Part shown: positions 58,223-64,000 of the stretch, in pieces
Layout: each line of letters begins with the position of its first letter
Numbering within the stretch: position 1 is the stretch's first letter
From: the human T2T-CHM13v2.0 reference genome, Homo sapiens
Length of the DNA: 64,000 nucleotides
Direction: 5' to 3'
NCBI GenBank assembly: GCA_009914755.4
Contig: CP068257.2
Location: forward strand, 39,008,001-39,072,000
The notes under the pieces: generated by a model
The model's input: only the letters and a program-made list of their open reading frames with translations
What the model was told of the DNA's origin: nothing
Databases searched by the model: none
Position numbers and translations under genes: made by a program

Positions 58223-58591
58223 TATATCGACTGAAGATCTATTTCCCTGCCTCCCAAAATTCATATGTTGAAACCTAAACCTCAATGTGATGCTATCGGG
58301 AGGTGGATCCTTTGGAGGGTGATTAGGTCGTGAGGGTGGAGCCCTCATGAATGAGGTTAGGGCCCTTCTAAAAAGAGACCCCAGAGACACCATTCGCCTC
58401 TTCTGCCATGTGAGAAAATGAGAAGACAGCTGTCTATGAACCAGGAAGAGAACCCTCACCAGACACCAAATCTACCCACCTCCTTGATCTTAGAATTCCC
58501 AGCCTCCAGAGCTCTGAGAAATAAATTTCTGTCGTTTATAAGCCACCCAATGCATGGTAACTTGTTAATGCAGCCCAAACAATCTAAGACA
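58223..58591 (+). mobile_element. MaLR-family solo LTR (MLT1-like), full length
   Basis: 'ctgaagatctatttccctgcctcccaaaattcatatgttgaaacctaaacctcaatgtgatgctatcgggaggtggatcctttggagggtgattaggtcgtgagggtggagccctcatgaatgaggttagggcccttctaaaaagagaccccagagacaccattcgcctcttctgccatgtgagaaaatgagaagacagctgtctatgaaccaggaagagaaccctcaccagacaccaaatctacccacctccttgatcttagaattcccagcctccagagctctgagaaataaatttctgtcgtttataagccacccaatgcatggtaacttgttaatgcagcccaaacaatctaagaca'. The ORFs at 58148-58633 are LTR-derived. Confidence 0.8.
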
Positions 58592-61319
58592 ATATTTATA
58601 TATAAATACTTTTTTTTCAGAAATTACAGGTAAACATTTTCAGATATACAACATATTATTTGCATTAAAGTATATTTTAAATATTTGATATTGAAGTAAA
58701 GCTCAGTTATAAGTTTATTTCAAAATGAATCATTTTGGGAAGTACAGTTTTCAATGAACTTCTTTCAGAAAAATAAGTCTTTGTAATTCCTTCAGTATAA
58801 TAAGCCTACTGATTATAATTAGGTTATATCTGGCGTGTTTCTATCTCTTTTGTGTCTTTTTAAAACAGGTCATATAATTTTTAAAATGGCAACTTTAAAA
58901 GCATTGCCTTATCCAGAATAAGTGCTTAAATGACAGTAATGGAGAAATTTTCAACTGAACACAGAACTAGCGCAGACACAACCACCACAAAATCCCAGGT
59001 TGGAGTCCCTGCACCGCCATTCACTGCTCAGGTGACTTTTCACATCTGGGTGCTTTCTTCATCTATAAAATAATTCTCCAATGAGAAATCGGAGCCAGTG
59101 ATAGAGATGGGAGGCTGATCTAGGTGATATTTACATCCTCATATGGGCGCGTGTGGGTGATCTGATTGGCTCAGCAGCTGTCATTTCTGCCGTCCCTTCC
59201 CCCCATGTAACCTTTCCAGGGCTCCAGTATCCAGCTCAAAAAGACACCCTGAAGCTTCTCCACACAGAAATTCTACCATTCTTAGATCCATCATCATAAA
59301 TTGGTGAAGCATATTGATCACTATTTGAAACAACATGCCCTCACACACAAAAGCTATCCATGGCAGGTTGACACTCTGTGCTCACCAAATGTGTATAACC
59401 CTTTAGATAAAAAACTGAAAGTAAAGTCTGAGGCTCGTGGTGTGGCTATGGATTCAGTGCATCAGGAAATGCTGTAACGCGCCTCTGAAGGTCTCGGCAT
59501 GTCAGCCTCGCCTTGACTTGCACTGTCCTGCTTTTTAACAAATGCTGCAGTGTAAAGCTGTAGGTGGTTCCAACAATAGAATCATTTCATGAAAATAAAA
59601 GAAGACAGCTTTTGTTTTGGGAATAATAAATACTGGGAATTTGAAATGTCGACTTCCCTCAGAACGGCATCACGTAGGAGATGTCAGCTATGAAATCCCA
59701 GGCTGCCCCTGATTGGCCAACACAGGCACTCTTTGCCTTGGGAGGAGAGGCTGATGTGAAATTTGATTTTAGAGTAGTAGAAAAAAATATAAAAAAGCAA
59801 CAGCTCTTATTAAAGCATTAAGAAGAATTTAAAAGGAAATAACACCACCACTCTCATGGAAAAGTTGCTTATTCAAGATTCACTCCATAAACATGTATTA
59901 AGCTTCTACTATGTGTCTGGAATGGTAATGTTATCATTCAGTCGACAATATTTGTTGGCTCTTATGCATGTACATAATATGGGAAACTGAAAGAAAGTTT
60001 AAGAAAAGGCAAAATCTCTATCTTCTAGAGAGGGAGAATTTCAAGAAAGGACCTTGGGTCACTTACTGAAGCTCTCTCTGCCTCAGCCTTCTCATCTGTA
60101 AAGTGGGGCCGATGAAAGCAATTACTTAATGGGGTTGTCGAGAAGTTTTTAGGTATAACCTGACATGTGCATGCCATAGAATTGTTAGCTATTCAATAAC
60201 TGACATGTGCTACAAGTATTTTAATGTAAATACTAATCTTTACTGCAAATACATACTCTGATTTAGCTGTGATGGTTAAGGCAAAATATAAGATCCTTTC
60301 ATTCTGCCTTATTGTCATTTTATATCATACTTTTGCTATTTAAGAAAAATAAACGTTTTAATAAATAAGTAAAGAGTTGTTTATTTTAAAATCCTACAGA
60401 CTATTAGTTCAGTAGCATTCTAATGCTTTTATGTTGAAATTGAAGGATTTTGGATTATTTCCCCATGACTTCTTCAGCATACCTTGCATTTTAGCAATTC
60501 TTAAATAGAACTACTTTTCTTTTACTTCCTAATAAGCCTCACACAAACAACGGCCTATTTGTTTTGAAACCACGGTGTCCTGACCTTCTGGTTTCTGGGA
60601 TACAAACACTTTAGACAGAAGATAATGATAATAATAATAAGAAGAAGAAGGACAATGACAAACATTAATGTCAAGCACTGTGCTAAGAACTTTACCTATA
60701 TTAATTCATTTAATTCTTATAACAATCTTACTATAATGTTATTTTTATTCCTATTTCCATTTTACAGTTGAGGAAATTGAGGCATAGCAAGGTTATATGA
60801 CTAACTCAAGGTTACGTAACTTGGTCCAGGTTGAATATGGGGTATGGACCTAGACACTGGCTTCAGGCTCCACACTATCTACAGGCTCTATAGAGAAATG
60901 CACACCTAGAGGTCCAGAATTACTTAGCTATGTTCCAATTCATGGAGCACCTCACTTGGCCTGAAACTGCAGTTATGGCACTCTTCATCTTTATAAAAAC
61001 ACAGTACCCAGGTCCACAGAGAGGTATTTAACTATGGAAGGTCTCACTACTGTGCAGTAGGGACCCAAAGCCAGGCTCCTTTGAGTGCAAACCCAAGCTC
61101 TGCTGTGCGCTGCTGGCAAAATGAAAGACATGCAGAAACCTGAAACCACCTCTAAGAGCACACACGATCTGTGTATTTTTGCTTATTTACTGTATCTGTT
61201 TATAGCTTCTTTTCAAAGAACATTTTGACTCTGCTCTACTGCAGAGCAGTGTGTGCTGTGGATTTTCTGTTGCTCATAAAGTCCAATTCTGGACAGCCAA
61301 TATTTTCAGCAGCATCATT

Positions 61320-61690
61320 GTATTTTCAGGAACTACACACACTCAAATATTCTGTAAATACTCTCATTACTTCTCCCATACATGAGCCTTGGAGAGTCAA
61401 TGCAACTTTGCAAATAGAATTTAGTTGTTGAAGTTTCAACCACAGGTGACGATTTAGCCAATAAAAATTCAGTTAGTTTGGAATTAATTTTGGAATAACT
61501 GTATTTTCAGGAACTACACACACTGAAATATTCTGTAAATACTCTCATTACTTCCCCCATACATGAGCCTTGGATAGTCAATACAACTTTGCAAATAGAA
61601 TCTAGTTGTTGAAGTTTCAACCACAGGTGACAGTTTATCCAATAAAAATTCAGTTTGTTTGGAATTGATTTTGTAATCAAGGGTAACTTT
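61320..61690. repeat. Two-copy direct tandem duplication of a ~182-bp unit, ~93% identity between copies
   Basis: Copy 1: 'tattttcaggaactacacacactcaaatattctgtaaatactctcattacttctcccatacatgagccttggagagtcaatgcaactttgcaaatagaatttagttgttgaagtttcaaccacaggtgacgatttagccaataaaaattcagttagtttggaattaatttt'. Copy 2 begins at 61501 with 'tattttcaggaactacacacactgaaatattctgtaaatactctcattacttcccccatacatgagccttggatagtcaatacaactttgcaaatagaatctagttgttgaagtttcaaccacaggtgacagtttatccaataaaaattcagtttgtttggaattgatttt'. Confidence 0.95.
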
Positions 61691-62239
61691 TGAGGCAATT
61701 TTTTCATGCACATGTTTTCAGACTGCTAATCACTTGGGAAACTGATGAGTCGTTTGTCCATTAACAAATTTCCCCCTTTTCCTTTTGAGGAAGGAAACAC
61801 AGGACTTGAAGATGTCCAATAAGCCGTGGCACCCGAAAGTGAGGATCTGAAATGCAGGTGAAGCAGCTTGCCTGCCGCCCCTGTGCTTGGTCCAGGACTG
61901 CCTGGATCCTGTCCCCTACTGGCCCCCAGCCCGTTCTGACACAGACCAGGCTACTTGCAGCTGGGACAGCGGCAGCTGGTGGTGTGGCTGCCAGCTGGAT
62001 GCTGGCGCCGCCGGGGACAGGGCTGCAGGGACCCACAGGGCCTGGCACACCAGCACTCCTGGCTACCCTGATGGGGCTGTCTGCTTTTTGTTTCCTTCCC
62101 TTAAAAATGCTTTTTTTTTTTTAAGAATCTCATTGAGTATATATTTATCAGTTGTCTACTGTGTGTCCAGCAGGAGATGGAAAGATATAAAATGTGTGAG
62201 AGAGGGCAAATAAAGAATTGGAAGAATTTGTAATCATAG

Positions 62240-62723
62240 TGGGTTAAATAGCTTCCCCCAAAAATGTCCTTTCTGGAGCCTCAGAATGTGACCTTATTTG
62301 GAAACAGGGTTGTGGTAGATGTAATCATTTAAGTTACCATGAGGTCATACTGAAATAAGGTGGGCCCTTCATCCAATATGACTGTTGGCTTTATTAGAAG
62401 AGGAGAAGAAATGCAAAGACACACACAGGGCAAAAGTCACATGTCGCTAGAGGGAGGGACTGGATGGAGTGAGACTTCTGCAAGTCAAGGATGCCAAGGA
62501 GCCAAGGACCGCAGGCAACACCAGGTGCTGGGAGGCCTGACAGGGACCCTCCCCAGAGTACTGACAGAGACCCTCCCCGCAGCCCTCTGAGTCAGCACAG
62601 CCCTGCTGACGCTGTGACTTTGGATTTGCAGACTTCAGAACTGTGAGGAAATAAATTTCTATTGTTTGAAACCAGTCAGTTCATGGTATTTTTTTTTTGT
62701 AGTCCTAGGAAACTAATACAGTC
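62240..62723 (+). mobile_element. MaLR-family LTR (MLT1-like), full length, upstream member of a same-orientation LTR pair
   Basis: 'cttcccccaaaaatgtcctttctggagcctcagaatgtgaccttatttggaaacagggttgtggtagatgtaatcatttaagttaccatgaggtcatactgaaataaggtgggcccttcatccaatatgactg...cagaactgtgaggaaataaatttctattgtttgaaaccagtcagttcatggtatt...cctaggaaactaatacag'. Confidence 0.75.
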
Positions 62724-63072
62724 ATGATATTGAAAAATAAATGAATAAATCAAAGGGAAATTCCTTTGTGGTCATGGGGAAGGTTTCCTTTGTTGGAGGT
62801 GGCCAGAGGGATGCAGGGGGAGTGAATGAGCAGGACCAGGAGAGAAGGCAGGTCCGAAGTTGGGGTCACACAGGTACAAGTCATGGATGAAGCCCTGGAA
62901 GATGAGGAAATGACCAATACAGAAAGTGGATGGGATTGGACTTTTAGATTGACATACATTTCTGAGAGGGGAAGATGCAAACTGAAGGAAAGAGATAGCA
63001 CCGAAATATTCAGAGAGAAGATCAACCAGGCAGTGTAGTTGGATACAAACCAAAGGAGAGCAACTGCTATGA

Positions 63073-63673
63073 ACTGCCTTGTGTCCCCTAAAGTTGTAGA
63101 TGATGAAGCCCTAACCCCAAAGAAAGAGAGAAAGAGAGAGAAAGAAAAAGAAAAAAGAAAGAAAGAAAGAAAAGGAAGGAAGAAAATAAAGGTAGAAGAG
63201 AGAAAGAGAGAGAGAAAGAGAGAAAGAGAGAGAGAGAGAAAGAGAGAAAGAAAGAAAGAGAAAGAGAAAGAGAGAGAAAGAAAGAGGAAGGGAAGGGAAG
63301 GGAAGGGAAGGGAAGGGAAGGGAAGGGAAGGGAAGGGAGACCTGAGCACCTGTGTCACAAGAAATACAGTAATTACTAAGAGAAGTAATTTGGAGTATGA
63401 AAGTAATTAAGGTTAAATCGGGTCATAAGGGTGGGCCCCTAATCGGATAGAATTAGTGTCCTTGCAAGAAGAAACATGAGAAAGTCAGTCATGTAAGGAC
63501 AGCAGGAAGGCGTCCATCTGCACGCCAGGATGAGGCCCCCATCAGAACCTGACCATGCTGGCAGCCTGATCTCAAACTTCTAGGCTCCAGGACTATAAGG
63601 AAATAAATTGCTGTTGTTTAAGCCACCCAGTGTGTGATATTTTGTTTTGGCGTCCAGAGCTGCCAAATACAGG
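63073..63673 (+). mobile_element. MaLR-family LTR (MLT1-like), downstream member of the pair, interrupted at 63118-63345 by a ~228-bp GA-rich microsatellite
   Basis: 5' part 'ccttgtgtcccctaaagttgtagatgatgaagccctaaccccaaag', then [GA repeat], then 'cctgagcacctgtgtcacaagaaatacagtaattactaagagaagtaatttggagtatgaaagtaattaaggttaaatcgggtcataagggtgggcccctaatcggatagaattagtgtccttgcaagaag...aaataaattgctgttgtttaagccacccagtgtgtgatattttgttttggcgtccagagctgccaaatacagg'. These correspond to contiguous MLT1 consensus segments on either side of the microsatellite. Confidence 0.7.
63118..63345. repeat. GA-rich (GAAA)n/(GA)n microsatellite ending in (GGAAG)n x11, nested inside the MLT1 LTR
   Basis: 'aagaaagagagaaagagagagaaagaaaaagaaaaaagaaagaaagaaagaaaag...agagagagagaaagagagaaag...ggaagggaagggaagggaagggaagggaagggaagggaagggaagggaag'. 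The K/E/R + ORF at 63039-63410 and the F/L/S - ORF at 62750-63358 are artefacts of it. Confidence 0.95.
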
Positions 63674-64000
63674 AACCAACAGAGGAAGTAGGTCAACTGT
63701 GTACATCTAACAGGGAGGTCAGAGAGAAACTGGACCAGGAGACAGCCTTGGGATTTAACATTTGGAAGTCATGGGTGATCTTGAAGTAGTGAATTTCAGT
63801 AGATTGTAACAGGCAAAGCCCAAAATACTCACTACTATAAACTATTATCTCAAACAGTTTGCCAGAAGAAAGAGAAAGAATGAAAGGAGTGTGTGACAGA
63901 GAGAGAGAAAGAAAAAAGAAAGAAGGAAGGAAGAAAGTAAAGACAGAGAAAGAAAGAAGTATGGAAGTTAGCAAAGGGAAAGGTTTCTTTAAAACTGGGG

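Overview
This window is primate (almost certainly human) nuclear DNA from an AT-rich, gene-poor region, not a prokaryotic locus. About 14 Alu SINEs lie on both strands, identified by near-consensus matches to 'GGCCGGGCGCGGTGGCTCACGCCTGTAATCCCAGCACTTTGGGAGGC...' or its reverse complement. Some still carry poly-A tails and target-site duplications. There are also about 9 MaLR-type solo LTRs (THE1/MST-like and MLT1-like), one L1 3'-end fragment, an older L1-like fragment split by an Alu, and a probable MIR fragment. Microsatellites are numerous: a ~580-bp (GA/GAAA)n polypurine tract, a ~520-bp AT-rich minisatellite grown from an Alu tail, a ~380-bp complex (TATC)n, a ~320-bp (GT)n-rich tract, and several (CA)n/(TG)n and (GGAA)n runs. 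I cannot support any protein-coding gene, rRNA, tRNA, CRISPR array or operon-like system. Every long ORF in the supplied track is explained by translating simple repeats (poly K/E/R, poly F/L/S, poly Y/I) or Alu/LTR sequence. No undescribed biological system is visible here. The notable content is structural: a head-to-head inverted Alu pair with a 25-bp spacer nested inside an LTR, filled versus empty paralogous sites, a microsatellite inserted into an LTR, two adjacent same-orientation MLT1 LTRs, a recent 182-bp tandem duplication, and long non-B-DNA-forming tracts.
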